From the NCBI RefSeq assembly GCF_018977255.1, contig NW_024704742.1, positions 72,976,001-73,040,000 on the forward strand: DNA of 64,000 nt. The letters are read 5' to 3'. The position numbers and the translations under genes are program-made. The notes below the pieces were generated by a model that worked only from the letters and a program-made list of their open reading frames with translations, did no database searches and was not told the origin of the DNA. This stretch comes from Callorhinchus milii. Taxonomy: Eukaryota. Positions 1-11,900 of the stretch are shown here, piece by piece; position 1 is the first letter of the stretch; each line of letters opens with the position of its first letter.

Positions 1-59
1 AATCCAAGTTGTTGTGTGCAATTAATTTATTAAAGATTGTTAAATCATACATTCATGTT

Positions 60-705
60 CATTAGTACAGTAATCAAAAAGGCGAATGGACTGTTGGCAT
101 TTATTTCAAGCGGCCTGGAATGCAAAGTGGAAGAAATGATGCTTAAGTGGTGCCCAAAACTGAACACAGTCTCCATTTGGAGACTGTGTTCAGTTTTGGG
201 CACCACACCTCAGGAAAGATATGTTGACCCTGGAGGAGGTGCAGCACAGGTTCACCAGAATGTTACCAGGCCTAAAAGGCTTAAGTTACGAGGAAAGGCT
301 GCATAAACTTGGATTGTATTCCTTTGAGTTTAGAAGGTTGAGGGATGATTTGATCGAGGTATTTAAGATGATAAAGGCATTTGATAGGGTAGATACAGAG
401 AAACTATTTCCTCTGCTGGGGGAATCCAAAACAAAGTGCATAGTCTTCAGATTAGAACCAGGCCATTTAAGAGTGAAATCAGGAAATATCTTTTCACTCA
501 AAAGGTGACAGAAATCTGGAATTCTCTCCCCCAAAAGGTTGTGGATGGACAGATTTTTGGTAGGTCAGGGTGTTAAGGGATATGGGGAGAAAGCGGGAAA
601 TTGGAATTGAAAGGATTGGTTGAGGTACAAATCAGCCATGATCTATTTAACTGGTGGAACAGGCTTGAAGGGCTGAATGGCCACCTCCTGTTCCTATGTT
701 CATAT
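60..705 (+). mobile_element. CR1 LINE 3' fragment
   Basis: Translations KKANGLLAFI, LSYEERLHKLGLYS and RRLRDDLIEVFK; CR1 3' end gggctgaatggcc...cctgttcctatgttc. Confidence 0.9.
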
Positions 706-872
706 TACATGATTTTATCATCTGTACATCAATATTCATGAATGTTGCACAATACAGCACACAGACTGCAGATTGACAGTACATTGAGGGGCTGGGATTA
801 TACCATGAAGTTTGAGCCTGGTTTATCACACTGATTTGACCTCTGAGATAGTCTCTTAGATTGAAACCATAG

Positions 873-2775
873 AACAACAACAACAACAAGATTCCATTTA
901 TAGAGCGCCTTTCACGTCGGGAGGACGTCCCAAGGCGCTGGACAGTTGGGTCAGGACCCAAGCAGGGGGGAAATGGTCAGGGGGAGGGAAGGGAGGGAGC
1001 GAGGAGGGGGTAGAGAGTCGAGAGGGGAGCTGAAGGCACGGTTGAAGAGAAAGGTCTTGAGACCGACCTTGAAGGAGGAAAGGGAGGAGGCGGCGAAGGC
1101 ACTGGGGGATGGAGTTCCAGAGCCTCGGGGCTGAGAGGCTGAAGGCCCGGCCACTGATGGTAGGGCGGTTGGGGCGGGGGATGTGGAGCAGACTGGAGCC
1201 AGAGGAACGGAGGGTACGGGCAGGTAAGTAGGGGGATAGTAGGTCGGAGAGGTAGGAGGGAGCGAGGCCGTGAATGGCCTTGTAGGTGAGGATGAGGATC
1301 TTGAATTCGATCCTCTGGGGGATGGGGAGCCAGTGGAGGCGAGCGAGGGTGGGAGTGATGTGGTCGCGGTGCCTGGTGCGGGACAGTACACGAGCTGCAG
1401 AGTTCTGAATGACCTGCAGCTTGTGGAGGGAGGTGCCGGGAAGGCCGGTGAGGAGAGAGTTCCCATAGTCCAGCCTTGAGGTGATAAAGGTGTGGACCAG
1501 AGTTTCAGCCGCGTGAGGGGTGAGGTAGTGCCGTAGTCTGGCGATATTCCAGAGGTGATGGAAGGCGGTGCCAGTTGTGGCGCGGATATGAGGGAGAAAG
1601 GACAGCTCACGGTCGAACAGAACACCGAGGTTCCTGACTGGCTTTGAGAGGTGTGGAGTCCTGTAGCTCAGTGGTTAGAGCACTCGCTTTGCAAGCAAGA
1701 GACCTGAGTTCAATTCCAGGCAGAGGGTGAAACCTTGGGCAAGTTTCCTTACTCCACAAAGAGCCTAATAATAATAATCCCTCCAAAACCCAAAAACAAT
1801 AATAAATTGGTCATTTTCAATCTACGACTCTTTGTGGGACATTGATGTGCGCAATTGGCTGCCGCGTTCGCCCACAAATATACAGTCAATTCACTTTACA
1901 GTGTGTTCTGTGAAGCACTTTGAGACGTGAAAAGTGCTACATCAAATGCAAGGATTATTATTATTATTATTATAGTGCAGCCTTGGATGCTGATGCTGTC
2001 AGCGCCTAAGGAGTGGAGGCGCTGACGCGAGCCAATCAGGAGGGCCTCAGTTTTACGCACGTTGAGCTGAAGAAAGTTGTCTCTCGTCCAGGACTCGATG
2101 TTGGACAGGCAGTCTGTCAGGACATCGGTGGTTGTGGAGTTGAGTGTAGAGGAGGAAAGGTAGAGTTGGGTGTCATCTGCATACATCCGAAGTTAACCCC
2201 ATGTCTGCGGATGATGTCACCACAGGGGGAGCATATAGAGGGTGAAGAGGAGGGGACCGAGGAAAGAGCCCTGAGGGACACCGCACGAGACAGTGCGGGG
2301 GCTGAAGGAAAAGCCATTCGTGGAAACAAAGTGAAGATGGTGGGAGAGGTACGACCTAAACCACTCAAGGACAGGGCCTTGAAGGTTGAGGTGGGAGGAC
2401 AAGCGGTGGAGGAGGATAGCGTGGTCGACCGTATCGAATGCTGCCGATAGGTCGAGGAGGACAAGGAGGCAGAAGGAGCCCTGGTCACAGATGGTCAGGA
2501 TGTCATTGGTGACCTTGACCAGGGCAGTTTCTGTGCTATGGGCAGCACGGAAACCCGACTGAAGGGGTTCGAATAATGAATGGGTGGAGAGGAAAGAGTG
2601 CAGCTGGGAGGCGACAACTCGTTCCAGAACCTTGGACAGGAAGGGGAGGTTGGAGATGGGCCGGTAGCTTGATAGCTGCGACGCATCGAGGGAGGGTTTT
2701 TTCAAGGTGGGAGTGATGGTGGCAGTTTTTAAGGGAATGGGAACAGAGCCAGAGGAGAGGGACAGGTTGACGAAA
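873..2775 (-). mobile_element. L2 LINE, 5'-truncated, young, interrupted by a SINE
   Basis: RT motifs [39 protein letters not shown] and YADD; 3' tail ...gacgtgaaaggcgctctataaatggaatc(ttg)n. Confidence 0.95.
1655..1972 (+). mobile_element. tRNA-Ala-derived SINE (short form) inserted in L2
   Basis: A box tagctcagtgg, B box gagttcaattcc, Deu-like body, (tta)n tail; L2 sequence resumes on both sides. Confidence 0.9.
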
Positions 2776-3934
2776 TGTTCTATATTAGGAGGTCATTCAA
2801 CCCATTGTATTGTCAGTTCCTTGTAACACTCCGTGGACTGTGTGTGTTCGCATACAAAATACTCAGTGACTATACTTTACAGTAAATCCTATGAAATACT
2901 TTGAGATGTCCTCTTGACGTGAAAGCACTGAAACATATGCAAGAATTATTATTATGCAAACAATTCACAATTTCATAGTTTTCTATTTCAGTGATTTCCC
3001 TCTGGTAGAATGTCCTATTAGACAACAACAACAACAACAACAACAACAATAACAGTAGACAGCAATCGATAGCAGGTTCTATCATCAAATTTCATGATCA
3101 AAAAAAATCTCATGATGTGGCAAGCAGTGATAGCTCCATCACACAATGCACAGTTCAAAATCAGTTTTCCATAAATTCAATCTTTAATCTGCACACGTTC
3201 AAAGCACTTCAGATATTACCAGCTGAGTCATTGTGATTTGCAAGGAAGATGAAGGGGAAAAAGGATGATGTCGGATGGGGGAAGGGGAGACCATTATTAG
3301 TACCGCACACTGTGATCCAACAAAACCAAAAGAGATACAATCTGCTGGATGTATCACAGAGATCTCCACAGAAACACTACAGACAAATACAATTAACGTT
3401 ATCTGCAACTCAGAAAATTATAATACTTCTTACAATAATAATGTTTGATATACCTCATCAGAATATATCAAAGCACTTCTCACAAAGTTTTTTTTAGTAT
3501 GAAGTGTAATTTTTGTTGTTTAGTCATTTAATAACACCGTTAATAAAGTACAAACAAGTGCTAAATGTTGCTTGGTAATCAGAGATGAGAGTAAGTCCTA
3601 TCACTAACATTAACATTTCTGAAGCCCATTGCTCGCTCACATATAACTTGTATTGTTCAACTAAACCACAATTCTTATACTTTATATTGCCTCCATATTC
3701 AGTACAATGGTGGTTTATTACCAGCTTTAATGTAATAACCTAGACAAGAGTATCAAAACTGTGCCAGTGGTGAGGAGCTGGTAGACAGTAAAGGAAGTGA
3801 AAGGATCAGCATAAGCTGCCTTGTTGCTACATCAATTCAGTCAGGACACAGAAGGACCTTGTGCAATTGTTTCTGTTCTTAAATTATATTCTTAAATGTG
3901 TTAACCACAGAGGAAGAGAAACAACAAATTCTCA

Positions 3935-4825
3935 ACGGTAGGGTAGGGTGGTAAACAGTGAGAAGGATAGGAGCCAACTGCAGGAAGACATAGACAGAAT
4001 GGTAAAATGGGCAGACACATGGTAGATGAGTTTCAATGTAGAGAAATGCTAAGTAATGCATTTTGGTAGAAAGAATGAGGGGAGGCAATATAGGCTGGTA
4101 ATACAATCTTAGGGGGGGAAAAGAACAGAGAGACCTTAGGGTGCAGGTAAAAGAATCCTTGAAGGTGGCAGGACAGGTAGATAAGGCTGTAAAAAGGGCA
4201 AATGGGATTCTAGGCTTTATAAATAGAGGCATAGAGTACAAGAGTCAGGAGGTTATGATTAACCTATATAAAACACTGGTTAGGCCTCAGTTAGAATACT
4301 GCGCCCAGTTCTGGGCACCACACTGTAGGAGGGATGTTAAGGCATTGGAAAGGGTGTAGAGGAGATTTATGAGGATGGTACCAGGAATGAGGGACCTTGA
4401 TTATGGGGAAAGGCACGAGAGGCTGGGATTATTCTCATTGGAGCAGAGAAGATTACGAGGAGACCTAATAGAGGTCTTCAAAATCATGAGGGGATTTGAA
4501 AGGTTAGAAAGGGAAAAACTGTTTCCACTGATGGGTGTGTCAGTGATTCAGGTCACAGATTCAAAATAGTATCTAAAAGAAGCAGAGGGGAGGTGAGAAG
4601 AAATTTTTTCATGCAGCGAGTTGTTCGAATCTGGAACGCATTACCTGAAAGGGTGGTGGAGGCCGATTCGATAACTACTTTTAAAAACGCGGTGGATGGG
4701 TTTTTGAGGAGGACGGGTTTGCAGGGTTATGGGGAAAGGGCTGGGGAGTGGGATTGACATTAATTGCTCTATTCTAAGAGCCGGCACAACTCGATGGGTT
4801 GAATGGCCTCTTTTTATGATTCTAA
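3935..4825 (+). mobile_element. CR1 LINE 3' fragment
   Basis: LYKTLVRPQLEYCAQFWAP and RRLRGDLIEVFKIM; CR1 3' UTR. Confidence 0.92.
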
Positions 4826-5038
4826 CCCTCCAGTAGCACATGTAAAAAAAAAATGATTTTTTACAGCCCTTTGCTGTTTCAAAATATCTCAGAATGTTTC
4901 ATGGTTCTTCATTCTCAGGTTAGGTGTAGCTTTTCTTGGCAAGTGTGGCAGCTGTTTGACACAGCAAACAAACATGTCAACATATCAATCAGGGAAAATT
5001 CTCTTCCTTTTGAATAGTGTGATGAGATCTTATGATAC

Positions 5039-5208
5039 ATGGGATCTAATATATATTCATTTCTAATGGTTTCACTAAGGAATTAATGAATCAAAGTGGA
5101 GATGTGTTATTGTCATATCACAATCTAATTATGAAATGACAAAATACTGTATCCCTACTTGGTTTCCTTGGTGAAACCCATTAGAAATGACTAACTATTG
5201 GATCCCAT
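5039..5208. repeat. Imperfect ~170-nt palindrome (MITE-like)
   Basis: atgggatctaatatatattcatttctaatggtttcactaaggaa pairs with ttccttggtgaaacccattagaaatgactaactattggatcccat; the inner arms also pair. Confidence 0.85.
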
Positions 5209-5846
5209 TAAAGAGCTCAGGAATCAGGGTTCAATGTTGAATCAATGTAAGTATAAATCCAGAGCTGCTGGTTCTGGATAACTAAGGCACTACCATTTCA
5301 AGTTGCAAAGACATAGTCTTCTGGAGAGATGCAGTTATAGGAGGAGGATTTGAGGATTTCTATTAATCTGAAGATACACATAATAATGATAATAATCTTT
5401 GCAATTGACACATTATATCTATTAGCATCTATTTTATCCAAATGTGTTAATGGGCTTCACAAAGGTATCTGTAAAATGCTATAGTTATCCTAATAATAAT
5501 AATAATCCTTGCATTCGGTATAGCAGCTTTCGTGACAAAGTGCTTCACAAGATGTTTCTGTAGACTGTGTTTTGTAGATGAACACACAGAATTATTCTGT
5601 CTCAACTTTGTTTTAAATTGTCATATATGGCTGAGTGCCCAGGAAGCAGTGGTTGAGTCTGATAAGCACAGCATTTTACGGAAATATTACCAATGCCATT
5701 ATACCAAATGCTGGGATCATCATTATCTATTTAACATGATATTATATAACACCTTGACCTACAGAACAAGGGAGCAGATAATTAGTGACATGATTTACAC
5801 ATTAACATGATTAAAACTTAAAGTGTCATTTTAGGTTATTACTTGC

Positions 5847-5996
5847 CTAGCCTAATTTGATATCACCAGCAAACCAAGTTATCAAGAGTATAAGACTGAA
5901 TCCAGTAAACAGACCAACATTTTGGATAACAAATATTATTATTTCTGATTTTCTTCCAGTTTCTAGTTCTTTACCGAGTTGGTTCATCTCTGGAAA
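5847..5996 (-). CDS. slc39a8: slc39a8 last coding exon: [49 protein letters not shown] (TM8)
   Basis: Acceptor ttttgtttag|TTT CCA GAG ATG; 150 nt to TAG at 5849-5847. Not in the ORF track. Confidence 0.96.
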   Translation of the reverse strand, partial: FPEMNQLGKELETGRKSEIIIFVIQNVGLFTGFSLILLITWFAGDIKLG

Positions 5997-8900
5997 CTAA
6001 ACAAAATAAATATGGCGTTATATTTTCAGAAGAAACCAAAACCATACAGTGCTCTTTTTTTATGGTACCAAAACTTTCTTTATGTTAATAGTATTAAATC
6101 TCTGGTGACAAACATCATAGCACAAATAAATGTGGGCCTGTTCTGTTTAGCGCTGCACTCCACAGAAGATCTGTGCTTTACCAGAAATGCATTACACTCA
6201 GATTCTGGCACTGACTACTTGACTGCCCATGTAAAAAATTGCAGAATTATGGGCTTGTCAGGTCACTAATAAGATCATTTTCTGTGCATTCTGTGCAAAG
6301 GAAACAATATCAGAGGTGCTTTCTGTCCAAATCGTGCATGCAACAACAAGCAGGAAGTGATGTCAGCAGAGACCTGACAACCCAGAAATTGGCCATTTTT
6401 AGTGCTTTCCTTACAACGTGGCCAGTGGACCCAGATGATCCCAATTTAACAAGGATCCCCTATAGTAGGCGAAATCTTGAAGTTCGTATAAAGGGTTTTG
6501 ACAATGGTTCAAGAGGATAAGACTGAATCAAGTAAACAGACCACACAGAATTGTACTGAATGCACAAAATTCATCGCACAGAATAGAAACACATAGATCA
6601 GGAAGGTCTCAGATTCTGTCCCAGATATGTTCACATTCTGAGAAAGGAAAACAGTGGGGATACTGCAATTATGTGGACTGAAGGTACATGAAAGGTTTCC
6701 TGTTCCTGATCACTATCACAGAACCCCGTTGGAAAGTGACTGCTAGCCAGGTAAGATAGCAATGATTAGACAAGCTGGAGCTCTTCAGTCTTAAGAGAAG
6801 ACAATTCAGAGGTGTAAACAATTTAAATGGGATAGAATTAGTAACCCAGAACAATTCTTCAGGATGCACCGAAACACTAGATTAAGAGGTCATAGGTGTT
6901 AGGTTGTAAAGGGCAATTTCAGACCAGATAACAGGAAGTGTTTTTTTACCCAAAGGATAATTAATGCATAGAACAGATTGGCGGGAAGGGTGGTTAAAGT
7001 CTGGAGGTTGGTCTCATTTATTAAATAGCTTGATGCTGCGATGGAAGGACAGGAGAGTGGGTGTTTTGGAGGGATGAGATCAGAATGACCGAAGGGCCTT
7101 CTTCATCCAAACCAATCTTGCAATCTTGTAACAGGATCAGTATTAACTATGGTGCCTCCTGCAATAGTCAATCAATATCTGTGCTATTAACACAAGGGAT
7201 GTGGAATGAAACGGCGCAAACCTTTCCCCAGTGTTCTTTAAACTCTTTTTTAAGCAACTTTTTATAATAAAACAAATGTTTTTGTTCTGTTCAATCAAAT
7301 AATTGTATCTTCTGCCTTCATTGTGTGACTCATTTCAAACAATACATTTTATTATAATTGTTAACAATATTGGAAGTAGCTGGAAATATAAAATTAAAAT
7401 ATACTCAACATTCTACAATATTTCAAGGGGAATAATCTAAGGGGATTCCTCTCATTGATATAATATACTAAAAATGTTACTTTCATGATTCAATCTCCAG
7501 AACCTCAGAACAAAGACTGGAGGCAAGGAGCAGAGAATGATATGACAATGGGGAGAAAATTAAGAGAATAATTGTACACACTTTTTTAAAAAAAGAAACG
7601 AATTGGATGTGAGGGAAGAAACTTTGGAGAACTTTTGCAGTAACATCTGTGTCTTGTCGGTGCTGTATCTGATTTGGAGTGCTACATGCTAACAATTCAT
7701 TTTGCACTTTTGAGAATTAAAACATGTTTATTTAATTTGAAGACATATTTTATACTTCTGAACGATTGCCAGCTAACTAATCAGCACAATTTCTCCTGTT
7801 AGTATCTTACCATATCAGCCAGAGAGATGTACAGGAACATTCCTCCAGCCAGCCCGAAGATGTAGTTTGGAGCAAAGTTGTTTCCTACTACTATGCCTAA
7901 CGTCAAACCGAGGTAACAGGAACACGCTGTCAGAAAGTTGAACGTTAGAGCCTGGGGAATAGTCATACCTGAGTTCAAAAGGATCATAAAATCTCCTAAA
8001 ATAATTAAGGAAAAACATGTTAAACAGTGAACATTTAGGTTAAACAAGACTAACATTTCATTGCAAGCTACTTTCAGTGTGTGCCTTATTACTGATGATA
8101 TGCTTCAGTATGTGTCATCTGTAATCATTCCTCACCTGGGGTCCTCTAATCAACCTTAATATTAATAGTTTTAATTTCTACACTTATTCATATTAAACTC
8201 CGCTTTATCAGGGTTCAACTTGTCTGGTTTGTGTTAATATTTCTAGCTTCTTCTCCACAAAATGTAACATTTCTCTAAACATCCTCCAAAAACAAGGCTC
8301 CCAGTCCCCACCTCTACACCTTTAACGAGTGATAAAGGACCTGGTACAGATCATCGTGGTACTTCAATAGCCTGTTATTCAGCATTGCATAATTAACATA
8401 GGTCTATCTAGCTCAACTTTTCAATTTTTCCTTCAAAACATCTAACACACCCACAAAATATACAATCAATTTATTTTACAGTATATTCTGTGAAGCACTT
8501 TGAAATGTCTCGAAGACACGATAAAGCGCTATATCAAATGCAAGGATTATTATTATTATTATATTTCATTGCCAAATAAAGTGTATCACACTTACCTAAA
8601 AATTCTTTCATACTTTAGTACCTCCCTATCTGGGATCATTTCCTACCCCACTCTTCCGCTCACCCTCTCCATTCATGCCTGCTGCACATCCTTTTCTGTC
8701 TCCGTATCACCATTAATGATCAACTACCAGCTATCAATTACTATGTCCCTAACCTCTGGAACTAACCTCTCTCTGCTTCTCCATCTCTCCCCCCTCTCTA
8801 GTTTAACTCACGTCAAAAAAACAAAATCTTCGATCCCTTCCTCCTGTTGCTGTAATATAATAATGATCTTAATATTTGATACATCAACTTTCATATCAGA

Positions 8901-11900
8901 AGGACATTTCAAAGCACTTCACAGGATATCCTGCAAAGTTTTTTGACTGTGTAATTTGTAGGTGAACACAGCAGCCAATTTGCACACAGCAATGTCTTAC
9001 AAATGGCCATGAAGTGAATGATCAATTTTATTTGGGGGATTGTTGGCCAGGACACCAGGATAAACTCCCTTCTGTTTTAGAGTAGTGCCATGGGATCTTT
9101 AATGTCCATCTGAACAGGCAGCAGGTCCTTGGTTTAACGTCAAATCTGAAGAATGGCACCTTTGACAGTACAGCACACTCCAGCACCTCATTGCAATGTC
9201 AGTCTAGACTGTAAGCTCAAAGTCCCAATGTAGGGTTTGAGCCCACAACTCCTGTTCCTACCATGAGCTACATTTCTAACTTTCATCACCTACAATGCAC
9301 CACGAGTTTTTATACAAATTAGCTCAAAGTTACGACCTAAAATTCTTATTACTTATTTAATATCTTGGAAATTTGTCATGATCAGTGTGCTCTTAACACA
9401 GTCCACAATCTCATTCCCCACCAACTTAATTCTGCTCATCCCGCCCATCTCAAGTTTCCTTACTCCACACGCCTAATAATAATCCCTCCAAAACAAAAAA
9501 CAATAATAAATTGGTCATTTTCAATCCATGACTGTTTGTGGGACATTGCTGTGCGCAATTGGCTGCCGCGTTCGCCCACAAAAATACAGTCAATTCACTT
9601 TACAGTATATTCTGTGAAGCGCTTTGGGACGTCTAGAAGACGTGAAAAGCGCTATATCAAATGCAAGGATTATTATTATTATTATTATCTCTCAGTTCCT
9701 CCATTCTCAGCCTGACCAACACAAGAGCTCTAGAGCTATGACAAGGCTAGCATTTGGTACTGTGCTCTCTTTCCTTTGATTATTCTCGAGCAGCCAAAGG
9801 CAGGGAAATGCCATTGGACTGCAGAGATTCCCCCAACACCCTGGGGACGAGTTGTCAATTCCTGTTTCAAAATGCTTGGTCTCCATACTACCTACAGTAC
9901 CACAATTGAAATCAGGAGCTGACTGTTATTGTTTGGCTCACAAGTGAGTCTTACTTCATCTGTAAGATTGTTTCATGTTACCCACCATCTCCGCGATACC
10001 ATTGGTGAGTGGATGTTCTGGCACTTTGCTCCGCTCTCTGGTACCTTCTTCTGAATCTGTTTGGCTTGCTCTACCCACCCTCATCTCTCTCTCTCTGCTT
10101 TCAAAAGCCATGTAAAATTCTACCTCTTTGACTGAAACTTCAGCCGCCTCTCTCCTCCCCCCATGTCTTCCCTCCAGTCCAGGCATCTGGAAACACTTTA
10201 AGACATCCTCCTATATAAAATGTGCTATATAAGTGCAATGTGTTGTTTATTGTTATAATGATAATAATAATAATCCTTGCATTTGATATAGCGCTTTTCA
10301 CATCTTCTAGACGTCTCAAAGCGCTTCACAGAATATGCTGTAAAGTGAATTGACTGTATATTTGTTCTGGGTTCACCTTGAGGAAGTAAAATGGATTAAA
10401 ACATCTTTTTGAATTCTCTTACCCAGCTCATGAAGAAATTCCTCACACAGTATTGCAATAGACGTGCTGAACCCCTGCGCTATGGATACTGTGAATGAAA
10501 CACCAATGGCAAGGCCGTCAATGAAGTTATGGGTACCGTCACTCAATGTTAACATCCAGGCTAAAGCAGAGATTTCAGATAATTTAGTTCTCCTAAACCA
10601 TGGACTGGATTGCTGTGACTGTGCTTCCTGTAATACAGTAACAGAATGAAGTAAATGATTCACGTTAAACCAGCAGTAAACTTTCTATTCATTTCATCTT
10701 CTTAGCAAAGTTTTGGTAAAAGTTGCTTACAGGCTCACACAGTGATGGAAAACATTAAATGTGTTTTCTATACATCTATGATCACACTGCTATTTCTGAA
10801 AGATGAGAAGCAGTATGAATGAATATACACTCTGGCCACAGCAAACAAACAGTACATAAAACAATTAAGTGTCAACCTGCTCAGCTGATAATAGCACTCT
10901 CGCCTTTGAGTTAGAAGGTTGTTGGTTCAAATCCCACATTGGGGCTTTGAAATCATAGTTTTGAGTTTGAAATGCAAGGATTTTTTTTTATTATTTAATG
11001 CAGTGCTGGGGTGTGTTGCATTGTTGGAGGTGCTGTCCTACGCACGAGGCATTAAACCAAGGGTTCCATCTGCCTGTCCAGGTGGACGTTAAAGATCCCA
11101 TGGCACTATTCGAAAAGAGAAAGGAACTTCTCTTGGTGTCCTGGCCAACAATCCCCCAAATAAAGTTAATTATTCACTTTCATGGCTGTCTGTGGGACAT
11201 TGCTGTGCACAAATCGGTTGCTGTGTTCACCCAAAAAATTGATTTGCCTCCTGTAAAGTGCTCTGAGACTTTGCAATGATGTGACTAGGTGCTTTATCAA
11301 ACCCAAGGATGATAATGATAAATAAAGATCCATATGCAATCTCAGGACTTGCACTTGTGCTTATTGTTATCTGCTCATGCTATAATTACTGTAGAAGTTA
11401 ATGCAGTGCAGTTATTCAGCATACTGTATTTCTTGCAATTTAACAATTATGAGAGCAAGAAACATATCATTGAGATATTGGTCCTGAAATTCCAAAAAGT
11501 CTTAACCTGAAAGACTATTTTGTCTTAAAATTGAAGATTGTATAAATCTGGTACAAAATTCTTCAAGTCAGTCCAATTTGCAGCTGATTCTCTTTTAAAA
11601 AAACAGTGGAAAAGTGGCTCCCAAATTAAGACTAAATTGAAGAATTGTCCACACTTGCATCTTAACGTTCAAAATAATTTTTGGGGGGTCAGCCGGGAGG
11701 GGACAACTGAGTGTGCGTTGGTGTACTGCTGGAGTCTAACCAGCTAAAACCGCATAGCTTGCCACTGTTCAGGACAAAATGGTCTGAACAAGTCAAAACT
11801 GGATGGAATTTGGGACTCATTGTTTACAGATTTCTAATATTCAAATATTATATATTTATCTAGTATATAGATAAAAATCCCCTGCCTAAAAAACATCTGA

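Noticed and set aside
1655..1730. tRNA-Ala gene-like cloverleafs (also at 19050-19120, 22090-22159, 23960-24032, 30670-30745, 35250-35325)
   Set aside because: Each continues directly into a SINE body with no oligo-T terminator. They are SINE heads, not tRNA genes.
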